58,932 bases of DNA from assembly GCF_004010195.1 (NCBI RefSeq), contig NC_057739.1, forward strand, positions 34,798,129 through 34,857,060. The letters run 5' to 3'. Source of the DNA: Chiloscyllium plagiosum (taxonomy: Eukaryota). Made by a program: the position numbers and the translations under genes. Of the stretch, positions 48,451 to 58,932 are shown one piece after another. Numbering within the stretch: the stretch's first letter is position 1; every line of letters starts with the position of its first letter. The notes under the pieces were generated by a model. It was not told the origin of the DNA, did no database searches, and saw nothing but the letters and a program-made list of their open reading frames with translations.

Positions 48451-50438
48451 GGGCTGGCAGTGTTAGAATGGGGTGAACAAAGTTAAAAATCACACGACAC
48501 TAGGTTATAGTCCAACAGGTTTGTTTGGAAGTACAAGCTTTTGGAGCGCTGCTCCTTCATCACGTAGCTAGTGGAGCACGATCATAGGAAGCAGAATTTA
48601 TAGTAAAAGATCAAAGTGTCATACAACTGATGCTATGTTTTGAACAAACCAAGATTGCTGTTAAGTCTTTAATCACTTCGAATGGGTTGCAGGTTTTGAT
48701 TTATGAATATGTAAATCCCAGAACTTCTTTCAACTCGCGTTCCTGATATAACTTAAGGTTTTATGTTTTAAAAAAGTGACATCTCAGCTCAGGCAACACA
48801 TTAAAGGTGTACGGTTAGTCTGTCTGCATCCCAACCTTGAGTTAGACCAGTTCTGTTTCCAAAGTAGGAAATTATAAAATATCACATGGACTGACTGCCT
48901 ACAGATTGTGTGCCCAAATATGCCAAATTTTTCATGCACAAGTCCAAACAAGAATACTTAGCTGCACAGGACCTCCAGCCAACACTATACACCAGATATA
49001 TTTACGACATTTTCTTCCTCTGGATCCATGGCGAGGAGTCACTGAAACAAGTACACAATGATATCAACAAGTTTCATCCCACTATCAGACTTACCATGCA
49101 CTGCTCTTCAGAATCAGTTTCATTCTTAGATACATACATCTCCATGAAGGATAGGTACCTAAGTACCTCACTGTATTGCAAGCCCAAGGATAACCTCAGA
49201 ATGCTGCACTTCACAAGGTTATACTCTAAACATATTAAAACAGACATCCCCTACGGACAAGCCCTGTGCATACACAGGATCTGTTCAGATAAGGAAGAAT
49301 GCAAAGGGCGCCTGAAGGTGCTGAAGGATGCCCTCGGAAGAACAGAATACGATGGTCAACTCATTAATCGAGAAACCACAATGAACTCCTCAGGAAACAG
49401 ACATGGGATATGACTGATAGGGTACCTTTGTTGTCCAATGCTTCCTGAGAACAGAGAAACTACCTCTTTGCAGCCTGAAACACATGATTGATGAGGATGA
49501 GCACCTCGTCAAGATCTCCCCTACGCCTCCACTTCTTGCATTTAAACCAACGCCAAACCTTGAACAGACCATTGTTTGCAGCAAACTGCCCAGCCTTCAG
49601 GACAACATCAACCATAATACCATACCATCCTGTCATGCCAACCACTGCATTTCGTCAGAATGTCGAAATTAAAACTACCATGATACGTGGGGACACCACC
49701 CACCATGTGCGTGGCAGGTACCCATGTGACTCTGCCAATGTTGTCTACCTCATACGCTGCAGGCAAGGATGCCCCAAGGCATGGTACGTTGGCAAGACCA
49801 AGCAGACACTATGACAGTGGATGAATAGACCCCGCACAAAAAAAAGTATTCCCTCCCAGTTGGGGAACACTTCAGCAGTCAAAGACATTTGGCATCTGAT
49901 CTTCAGGTGACCATCCTCCAAGATGAACTTTGGGATATGCAACAACAGAGTCGCTGAGTAAAGACACCCATGAGGATGGCCTCAATTAGGACCCACTACA
50001 CTGCACACGCTTTTACACACGATCACACTCACACAGATCCTCTCTCTTAAACACACAGACACACACACACACGCTCTCACTGACGCACACCCCCTCTCAG
50101 GCATATACTCTGTCACACTCGCGCGCTCACACAGATGCACACGACTGCTCCCTCTGTCCACCGTACACACACACACACGCGCGCGCGCTCTCACTCCCTC
50201 ACACGCATGAACATACACACAAGACTATGGGGTGACTTTACATTTGCAAATTTGTATTTATAAATTCCTACTTTGGAAATAGAACCGGTCTGACTCAAGG
50301 TTGGAATACAGACAGAGTCTAACCTCACACCTTTAATGCATTGTATGAGCTGAGATGTCATCTTTCTTGTATAAAACCTTAAGTTATCGCGGGAATGTGA
50401 CTTGAAAGAAGTTCTAGGGTTTACATATTGATGAACCG

Positions 50439-50478
50439 AAGCCTGTAATCCATTAAAGACTTAATGGATTACAGGCTT
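50439..50478. repeat. Perfect 18-bp inverted repeat with 4-nt loop at the SINE 5' junction
   Basis: AAGCCTGTAATCCATTAA-AGAC-TTAATGGATTACAGGCTT. Confidence 0.95.
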
Positions 50479-50815
50479 GTGGGCGGCACGGTGGCACAGT
50501 GGTTAGCACTGCTGCCTCGCAGCGCCAGAGACCCGGGTTCAATTCCCGACTCAGGCGACTGACTGTGTGGAGTTTGCACGTTCTCCCCGTGTCTGCGTGG
50601 GTTTCCTCCGGGTGCTCCGGTTTCCTCCCACAGTCCAAAGATGTGCAGGTTAGGTGAATTGGCCATACTAAATTGCCCGTAGTGTTAGGTAAGGGGTAAA
50701 TGTAGGGGTATGGGTGGGTTTCGCTTCGGCGGGTCGGTGTGGACTTGTTGGGCCGAAGGGCCTGTTTCCACACTGTAATCTAATCTAATCTAATCTAATC
50801 TAATCTAATCTAATC
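50479..50815 (+). mobile_element. HE1-type tRNA-derived V-SINE, full length, young, (TAATC)n tail
   Basis: A box tggcacagtgg, B box ggttcaattcc, V-domain tgtggagtttgcacgttctccccgtgtctgcgtgggtttcctccgggtgctccggtttcctcccaca, CR1-like tail; CpGs intact. Confidence 0.95.
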
Positions 50816-51862
50816 TTAACAGCAATCTAGGTTTGTTCAATACATTGCATTAGTTGTATGATGTTTTGATCTTTTACTATAAACTCTGTGTCCTATGATC
50901 CTGCCCTACTAGCTACCTGACAAAGGAGCAGCGCTCTGAAAGCTTGTACTTCCAAATAAACCTGAACGGACTGTAACCTGGTGTCATGTAATTTTTAACT
51001 TTGTCCAGAATGTTGATCGTGGGGGCTTCAGTGATGGTAATGCCATTGAATGCCAAGGGGCAGTGGTTAGATTGTCTGTTTATTGGAAATGGTTATTGCC
51101 TGGCATTTATGTGGTGCAGGTGTTATTGCCACTTGTCAGCCGAAGTCTGGATATTGTTCAGGTCTTGTTGCATTTCAACATGATTCCTCAGATACTGAAG
51201 CAGTCTGTGAATGGTGCTGAACATTGTGCAATCTTTGGCGAACATTTCCACTTTTTGTTGAAGGGAAGCTTAAGCAGCTGAAGACGGTTGGGCCATGGAC
51301 ATTACTCCAATGATTCCCTGCAGATAAACCCTGGAACTGAGGTGATTGACCTCCAGTCCCACAACCACCATCTTTCTTTGTGCCAGATATCGCTGTAACC
51401 AGCGGAGTTTGTCCTAATTCCCTTGATTTTAGTTTTTATAGGTGTCATTGATGCTGCAATCAGTCAAACATTACCTTGATATCAACGGCTGTCACTTTCA
51501 CTTCACCTTTTATTCATGGACATGTTCACTGATACTGTATCAACAAATAAATTATGCGTGGAAATGCAAAGTAGTTAGAAACTTACTCGACCATATGGTC
51601 TCAAGCAGAATCCGCATCCAGGTTCTAATGTGCCTTTAAATGTCTCGATATTTCGAATCATTATGTTCATTTAGTGTACAAAATAGATCATTGATTTGCC
51701 ATGAATTTGAATCCTTAATATTGTTAATCCAATATTTATTTCGTGAAAGATTACAACTGAGATTTTGTTCATGAATATTAAATTGAGGCTTATTTATAAT
51801 TTTAGAAAGCTATAGTAATGCCAAGTAGTAAAAGTTGATTTTAACTTTTTGAAATTTTATAG

Positions 51863-52131
51863 GAATTGTGGACTTTTTGCATGATCAAATAGTTCCAAAA
51901 TTGGAAGAAATAATAAAGAAAAAGGAAGACCAATGCAATTTTAATGTTTCTAGTGATTCTTATCAGTCACTACAGCATGAGTTCAAATTAAGTGATATTT
52001 TTGATGATGATGATGACGACGATGATGAGAAAGATGAAATTGAGAAAATAGATGAATTGGAAGAAATGATTGGAACCTCATTTCAGAGTCAGTCAGAGAA
52101 ACCAGTTGAAAATCGACCCCACATAACATGA
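51863..52131 (+). CDS. TTF1: TTF1 last coding exon with acidic tail
   Basis: IVDFLHDQIVPKL..FKLSDIFDDDD (recalled human IIDYLYETTLPLL..FRDIF); TGA 52129-52131; summed CDS 3636 nt. Confidence 0.93.
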
Positions 52132-52378
52132 TTGTCTTGGATGCTGAAGCGACTGCTTTGAATGACACACTGACAATGCAAAAATGTTGACACTCACATT
52201 AGTTGTGTCTTGAGACTTTAATGTTTTTATTATTCAACCATCTATGACCGGTAGATTTTTAAAATTTCGATTGTTGGCATTTCTGGTATGGGCAGCATTT
52301 GTAGCCTATCCCTAATTTGTATCAAATGCTCATTGTTGAGAAGGTTAAACTTCAGAACATTTGCAGAAATTGTATGAA

Positions 52379-52553
52379 AATAAAAATCATCAATCTCTGT
52401 TCATGAACAACGTAAATGATACTGAGAAATGTGATACAAACACACTTTGTCTCTATTACCTATAATGTTAATGTTTGGTTTATGTAAATACTTTTAAAAT
52501 TTAATTTAACTTAGCTCAAGTCTTTTATAATAGAAAAGCAAAATATAAATAAA
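52379..52553 (+). terminator. Candidate TTF1 polyadenylation signals
   Basis: AATAAA at 52379-52384 and 52548-52553. Confidence 0.5.
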
Positions 52554-53887
52554 AACAAAAGCTGGAGATACTTGGTTGGTCAGACAGCATCTGTGGAGAG
52601 AGAATACGTTAATGTTTAGATCTGACAAAAGATCTTTCATGTTATCTTTGTTTCCTGGTACAGATGCTGCCAGACCTGTTGAGTGTTTACAATATATTTT
52701 ATAATAGTGTTCAGGTTGTTCACCCTGATTCCTTTTAAAGCTATGTGGGAAGAAAGAAGATTTGCTTGGAATGTTAAGATAAAACTTGTATGTTTCTATT
52801 CAACTACTTAGCTTAATTTCTGTATAATTATGATAATAATTATACAATTAAGGTCTACTGTGTCCTGGTTCTTATTTCACTTGGGAAATCTCAAGGATTT
52901 GTATAAATCTGAAAACAAAAAAATTAGCAATCATTACAAATGTATAAAAGAGCTTTGTAAAATGAATGACACTGGAATGTAGTGACTAAATAGAGCAGTT
53001 GTCTTACATATACAGTCCTCAGTCCCACGTATAATAGCTTTGATGAATGACCAGTTAACCTGTTCGTGTTTGAGCGCTAGGATGGAATTTCCTACATTTT
53101 CACGTATTAAAAGCCACCAGCACATTAGTTCAGCACAGTTGAGACGCAACACCCAGAGTGTTGTACAGCTTTGCTACTCTTTCATTATATATTATGCATT
53201 CAAAGAGTGGGATATGAACCTACAACCTATTTATACAGACAAAGATGCTGACATGAGAGAGCTAATGCATTTACCTGGGCAATATAGGAACAGAAAAGCT
53301 ATTGTGCTCTTTCAGCCTGTTCTGCAGCTATTTAATGAGATTGTTGAAATTTATACACACGTATAAATTGGTTTTTATTTATACACCTGTTGTTGTCCAT
53401 GTTCCTAATACTTTGTGAATAAACTTATGTCTATCAATTTTAAAATTAACAGTTGATCTAGCATCACTTGTCATTTGCAAAAGAGAGTTCCAATCTTATT
53501 TCACCTTTTGCATGAAGTTCTGGAAGTTCTTCCTATGGATTAAACATGATACCACTCCATTATTTAGAAGGAACTGAAGTCGGTGGGGTGGAGAGAAGAG
53601 GTCAAATGACATACACCTGTCAGTTTAACAACAGTTGTGGGGAACCTACTTGAATCGAGTGACTTAACAAGTACCAATCAAAAAGAGCAAATATTGAGAG
53701 TTTGAGATCGGAAGTAGTGAAGGGCATTAATACAAATCATTAAAACCTAGTGTTTCTAGTGATTTGTGTTCATGGACAATCAAAACATCTAGTGGAATAC
53801 TGATCTCTCCAAAAGGGGAGTTGGAATACAAAAACGGAAAAGCTGTACTTCCCTGTCACTGTCCATCATGACAACTGTATTTAGTTT

Positions 53888-54685
53888 GTTTGGGTTGTAA
53901 GTTTGCTCGCTCAGCTGGCGGGTTTGTTTTCAGACGTTTCATCACCATGTTAGGTAACATCAGCAATGAGCCTCTGGTGAAGCACTGGTATTTTGCCCCG
54001 CTTTCTGTTTCTGTGTCTTGGTCTCCAAATAAAGTGGGTTATATCATTTTCGGTTCTTTTTCTCAGAAGTTGGTAAATGGGGTCAAATCGATGTGCTTAT
54101 TGATGGAGTTCCAGTTTGAATGCCAGGCCTCTAGGATTTCCCATGCATGTCTCTGTTTAGCCTGTTCTAGGATGGGTGTGTTGTCCCAGTTGATTTGGTG
54201 TCCTTTTTTGTATGTATGTTAAGGATACTAATATGGGTGGGTCATGTCTTTTGGTGGCTAGTTGGTATTCATGTATCCTGGTGGCTAATCTTCTGTCTGT
54301 CCGATGTAGTGTTTTGTAAATGATGTTTGTGTTGTTGGTATGGGGTCCTTTAGGTTGGTCAGTAGCTGTTTCAGTGTGTTGGTAGGGTTGTGGGCTACCA
54401 TGATTCCAAGGGGTCAGAGTAGTCTGGTAGTCATCTCCGAATGTCATTTGCAAAATATGATGCAAGGACTGTAACTGAGAAAAAGAACCAGAAATGATAT
54501 CACCCACCTTATGTGGAGACCAAGACACACAAATAGAAAGCGGACAGTACACCAGTGCTTCACCGGAGGCTCACTGATGATGTTACCTAGCATGGTGACA
54601 ATGTCTGAAAATAAACCTGCCAGCTCAGCAAGCAAACTTACAACCTGAATCTCAACCTGAGCTACAAATCTTCTCAAAAATTGCA
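53888..54685. mobile_element. Poseidon-type PLE fold-back copy
   Basis: Left antisense arm with GIY-YIG remnant (RLATRIHEYQLA), right sense 3' end; 15-bp TSD AACTGT(A/G)TTTAGTTT (53873-53887, 54686-54700). Confidence 0.85.
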
Positions 54686-55361
54686 AACTGTGTTTAGTTT
54701 TCGGCACCATACCTGAAGTAAGATGGATTAGCCTGGAAGAGATATGCAGTTCTCAAAAATAGGATGGAAAAAGCAGCACTTTCTGCGAGAATAAGCCTGT
54801 TTGGAATACTAATAATTCCTTTCATGAGAAAAACTGCATAAATTTGCAGAAGAATCTTTGCAGATTGAAACCACAATTAATGAAGAGCTCAAATCTCAGA
54901 TTTCACACATTGGCATTGCTGGTAGTTAGGCACATGATCTGCAGGTTGTTACAGAACCACAGTAAAGACAACAAAGCTAATTCAATTCAACTATTTCCCT
55001 CTTCTCTGTCTAATTTTCAGCTGTGGAATGGCAATTTAATAAGAGTATTATCCTTACTTTAGTGCTCACCCAATATTTCACCACCATTCCAAATGGACTG
55101 GATTGTACGAGGAGGTAAGTCCAGAACGAGAGGGCATAGGTTTATGGTTTGATGGGAAAAGTTTAAAAGGGACAAATGGGGCCATTTTTTAATGTAGAGG
55201 GTGGCGTGTGTATGGAATGAGCTGCCAGAGGAAGTGGTGGAGGTTGGTACAATTACAACATTTAAAGGGTTATATGAATTGGAAGAGTTTAGAGGGATCT
55301 GGGCCAGGTGCTGGTAAATGGGACTGGATTAGGTTAGGATATCTGGTCAGCATAGACAAAC

Positions 55362-56987
55362 TTGAGGACTGCAGATGCTGGAAACCAGAGTTTAGATCAG
55401 AGTGGTGCTGGAAACACACAGCAGGTCATGCAGCATCCAAGTAGCAGGAAAATCGACGTTTTGGGCAAAAGCCCTTCATCAGGAATAGAGCCAGGCAGCC
55501 TCCAGGGTGGAGAGATAAATGGAGGGGTGGGGAGGGGGATGCTGGGGAAAAGGTAGCAAACAGTACAATAGGTGAATGGATGAGGGAGCGATGGTGGAGG
55601 AGGCCCAGGACCTGCATGTCCTCAGCAGAGTGGGAGGGAGAGTTGAAATGTTGGGCCACGGGGCGGTGGGGTTGATTGTTGCGGGTGGCCCGGAGATGTT
55701 CCCTGAAGCGCTCTGCGAGGGGGCGTCCAGTCTCCCCAACGTAGAGGAGACCGCATCGGGAGCAGTGGATACAATAAATGATATTGCTGGATGTGCAGAT
55801 GAAACTTTGATGGATGTGGAAGGCTTCTTTGGGGCCTTGGTGGTGAGGAAGGAGCTGTGGGTGCAGGTTTTGCAATTCCTGTGGTGGCAGGGCAGGGTGC
55901 CAGGATCGGAGGATGGTGTGTTGGGGGGGCATAGACTTGACCAGGTAGTCATGGAGGGAATGGTCTTTGTGGAAAGGGGTGGGAGGGAAATATATCTCTG
56001 GCGGCGGGGTCCGTTTGGAGGTGGTGGAAATGTCGGCGGATGATGCAGTTTATGTGAAGGTTGGTGGGGTGGAAAGTGAGGACCAGGGGGGTTCTGTCCT
56101 GTTATGGTTGGAGGGGTGGGGTTTGAGGGTGGAGGTGCGGGATGTGAATGAGAGGGCATCTTCAACCACGTGAGAAGAGAAATTGCGATCCTTAAAGAAG
56201 GAGGCCATCTGGTGTGTTCTGTGGTGGAACTGGTCTTCCTGGGAGCAGATACGGCGGAGACGGAGGAATTGGAAATGCAAGATGGTATTTTTGCAGGAGG
56301 TAGGGTGGGAAGAGGTGTAGTCCAGGTAGCTGTGGGAGTCGGAGGGTTTGTAAAAATTTCAATGTTAAGTTGGTCGTCATTAATGGAGAGGGAGAGGTCC
56401 AAGAAGGGGAGGGAGGTGTCAGAGATGGTCCAAGTGAATTTAAGGTCGGGGTGGAATGTGTTGGTGAAGTTGATGAACTGCTCAACCGCCTTGTGGGAGC
56501 ACGAGGTGGTACCGATACAGTCATCAATGTAGCGGAGGAAGAGATAGTGAGTGGTGCCGGTGTAACCACGGAAGATGGACTGTTCTATGTAGCCGACAAA
56601 GAGACAGGCACAGCTGAGGCCCATGGCTACCCCTTTGGTCTGGAGGAAGTGGGAGGATTCGAAGGAGAAATTGTTAAGTGTGAGGACAAGTTCAGCCAAA
56701 CGAATGTACTGAAAAAATTCTCCAAGATGCCTACAGCACCACCTTCCAAACCCACGACCACTACCAGCTCAAGGACAGGGACAGCAGAGACATAAGAACA
56801 GCACATTCTGCAAGTTCCGTACCAAGCCACTCACCATGCTGATGTGGGAATACCAGTGGAAGGGTATTGTTGGGGACGTCAGGACAGGAAGAAACGGAGG
56901 GCTTGGAGGCCCTGGTCATGTCAAATGGAGGTGTAGAGGGATTAGATATCCATGGTGAAGATGAGGCGTTGGGGGCTGGGAAAACGG
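55362..56987 (-). mobile_element. Neptune-type Penelope-like element, frameshifted
   Basis: QTKGVAMG, FLRYIDDCIG, LPFLD, PCHHRNCKTC, NIIYCIHCSRCGLLYVGETGR..RFREH. Confidence 0.92.
56705..56853. repeat. 149-bp inverted copy of 57565-57713 inserted into the PLE
   Basis: Reverse-complement match with about 2 mismatches. Confidence 0.92.
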
Positions 56988-57399
56988 GAGTTGGACTGAA
57001 GGGTCTGTTTCTGTGCTGTACATTTCTATGACTAGTCATATGCAAGTCAAGAATATAGTTGTGGACCAAATCTCAATGCTTGACAATCATCCGATAATTA
57101 TTTGATGTCGCCAGTGTAGAGGTTACTACAACATGAATGAATAGTGCAGTTCTCAGCTAGCAACTTGGAGAAAATAGCTAATAATAATTGAGTTGGATGG
57201 AACGTTAGGGGTCCTTGCAGTAATGTTTATGCCTTTGGTAGCTCCAAAGCAGTTCTCTTTCAGAAGTAACAATAACCAATTGGCTGTTTGGTTTCTACAA
57301 AGAAGATTTCATGTCATTACTTTAGAGAAGCAGGGAGGTTACCCCAGTCTGATATGCATGCATCAGTCACCATTACCAAAACTGATTATCTTTGTTTTC

Positions 57400-57960
57400 G
57401 TTCATTTGTGGGTTGTGGGCACTGCTGTCATATTGTCCAACTTTAGTTGTCTTTGAGAAGGTGGTGAGCTAGATCCCATAGACCAATTGCTATTAGTAAC
57501 CACACAATGCCATTAGGGAGAGAATTTCAGGATTTTGAACTGGTGATACTGAAGGAATGGTGATGTATTCCCACATCAGCATGGTGAGTGGCTTGGTAGG
57601 GAACTTGCAGAATGTGCTGTTCTTATGTCTCTGCTGTCCCTGTCCTTGAGCTGGTAGTGGTCGTGGGTTTGGAAGGTGGTGCTGTAGGCATCTTGGAGAA
57701 TTTCTTCAGTACAAATTGTAGATTATATACTTTGCTGCCGAGAGTCGGGGTGAAGGGAATGAATGTTTGTGGATGTGATGGTATTAAGTTTCTCGAATAT
57801 TGTTCGAGGTGCACTCACGCGGGCAGGTTGGGAGTGTTTCAACCTAGACCTGTGCCTTGTAGATGGTGCACAGGATTGGGGCAGTCAGGAGGTGAATTAT
57901 TTGGTGCAGTATTTCTACCTTCTGACCTGCCCTTGCAGCTACAGTACTATGTGTGCTGGG
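57400..57960 (-). mobile_element. Old CR1/L2-group LINE 3' fragment
   Basis: Same tail family as 47580-48100. Confidence 0.65.
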
Positions 57961-57979
57961 GGAGGGTGGTTTTGAAGGC

Positions 57980-58520
57980 GATCCGGTGCGTACTGTCACT
58001 CGACGGCCGCCGTCCAGTTTGCGCGGAGTGCCCCACCCCTTTTACTTTTCGGTGTCACTTCCGGCGTCGGACGCAAATAGAAAAGTTGGAGGCGAAAGTT
58101 TCCACCGGAGCGGAGTGAAGGGGAGGGTCGCCGGCGTCGGAGCTCAACATGGTGAGTCAGTGTGGCCGGCGAGGAGCGGCTGTTGGGCCGCGGGCAGGTG
58201 GAAGGCGGCGGTCGGTTTTTGCCCCTCCCCCTCCCGGAGGGTATGGGGGCGGGCAGAGGTCGGGGGTGACGGGCTGACACAGTAGGCCCAGAGCTCCGGT
58301 GGGAAGGAGCAGGGGGCGCGAGGCGGGGACCGGTGAGCTCGAAGGAGAGGTGAAGGCAGCGAGGGATGGGAGACCCCCCAACGGACGTGGGAAGGGAGAG
58401 AGGGAGGGGTGGAGTCGGCTACGAAGATGGGGAAGGTGTCAGGATGCAGAAAAGGGAGAGACACGGAGATGGGAAACAAAAGGGGGAGGTGTGAGGGGGC
58501 GTGTGAAAGACGCGCAAGCC
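57980..58520 (+). promoter_or_regulatory. CpG island / promoter and first exon of the next gene (SETX expected from human synteny, unconfirmed)
   Basis: Dense CpG; ETS CACTTCCGG about 58056-58064; CTCAACATG|GTGAGT donor at 58152-58157; G-rich intron start. Confidence 0.7.
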
Positions 58521-58552
58521 AGCGTAAGGAAGGAGTAATATGGTCATGGAGA

Positions 58553-58932
58553 TGTCCACCAGATGGCCTCCTCCTTTAGAGACCGCAATTTCCCTTCCCA
58601 CGTGGTTAAAGATGCTCTCCAACGCATCTCGTCCACATCCCGCATCTCCCCCCTCAGACCCCACTCCTCCAACCGTAACAAGGACAGAACGCCCCTGGTG
58701 CTCACCTTCCACCCTACCAACCTTCGCATAAACCAAATCATCTGCCGACATTTCTGCCACCTCCAAAAAGACCCCACCACCAGGGATATATTTCCCTCCC
58801 CACCCCTTTCCGCCTCCGTGACTACCTGGTCAGGTCCACGCCCCCCTACAACCCACCCTCCCTCTCACCCTGGCACCTTCCCCTGCCACCGCCGGAACTG
58901 CAAAACCTGCGCCCACACCTCCTCCCTCAACT
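58553..58932 (+). mobile_element. Neptune-type PLE fragment running off the window
   Basis: Similar to the reverse complement of 55840-56215; PCHRRNCKTC linker. Confidence 0.85.

Larger units (their letters stand above)
48470..51005 (+). mobile_element. Penelope-like element with long inverted pseudo-LTRs
   Basis: RYIYDIFFLW, FHPTIRLT, VSFLD, NVVYLIRCRQGCPKAWYVGKT; 48475-48885 is the reverse complement of about 50260-51003 (minus the SINE); degenerate hammerheads in both arms; (CA)n tract 50050-50220. Confidence 0.9.
55110..57035 (+). mobile_element. CR1 3' end split by a PLE (pieces about 55110-55361 and 56988-57035)
   Basis: CR1 3' UTR breaks at ggtcagcatagac and resumes at gagttggactgaagggtctgtttc. 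Confidence 0.75.

Noticed and set aside
50479-50560. tRNA-like A/B boxes
   Set aside because: SINE head continuing into V-domain and LINE tail; not a tRNA gene
55479-56699. 406-aa ORF as an intact or domesticated RT gene
   Set aside because: Leaves the RT frame after about 118 aa; element has deletions and an insertion
57953-58766. Several overlapping GC-rich ORFs
   Set aside because: Expected from stop-poor CpG island and PLE sequence; no recognisable protein

Overview
Eukaryotic vertebrate DNA, almost certainly a shark or other elasmobranch (HE1-type SINEs, CR1/HER1-like LINEs), repeat-rich, with one assembly gap (N, 1065-1205). The main gene is a complete TTF1 (RNA Pol I transcription termination factor, Myb-like repeats) on the + strand: 9 coding exons, 28369-52131, about 1211 aa by hand splicing, all GT-AG with consistent phases. 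Its 2.5-kb first coding exon carries an alternating 40-aa/120-bp tandem repeat and an AT-hook-like motif. CFAP77 starts head-to-head on the - strand (first coding exon 14954-15037), sharing a compact promoter near 15.8-16.0 kb with an RFX X-box and an ETS site. A CpG-rich promoter/first exon of the next + strand gene lies at about 58.0-58.2 kb (SETX by human synteny, unproven). The rest is decayed CR1/L2 LINEs, SINEs, two solo LTRs and at least three families of Penelope-like elements (PLEs) with minimal hammerhead ribozymes. Several PLE copies are tiny fold-back palindromes bounded by 14-17 bp target-site duplications (TSDs). Gene identities rest on recalled human protein sequences, and repeat boundaries are approximate and read by eye; no searches were run.
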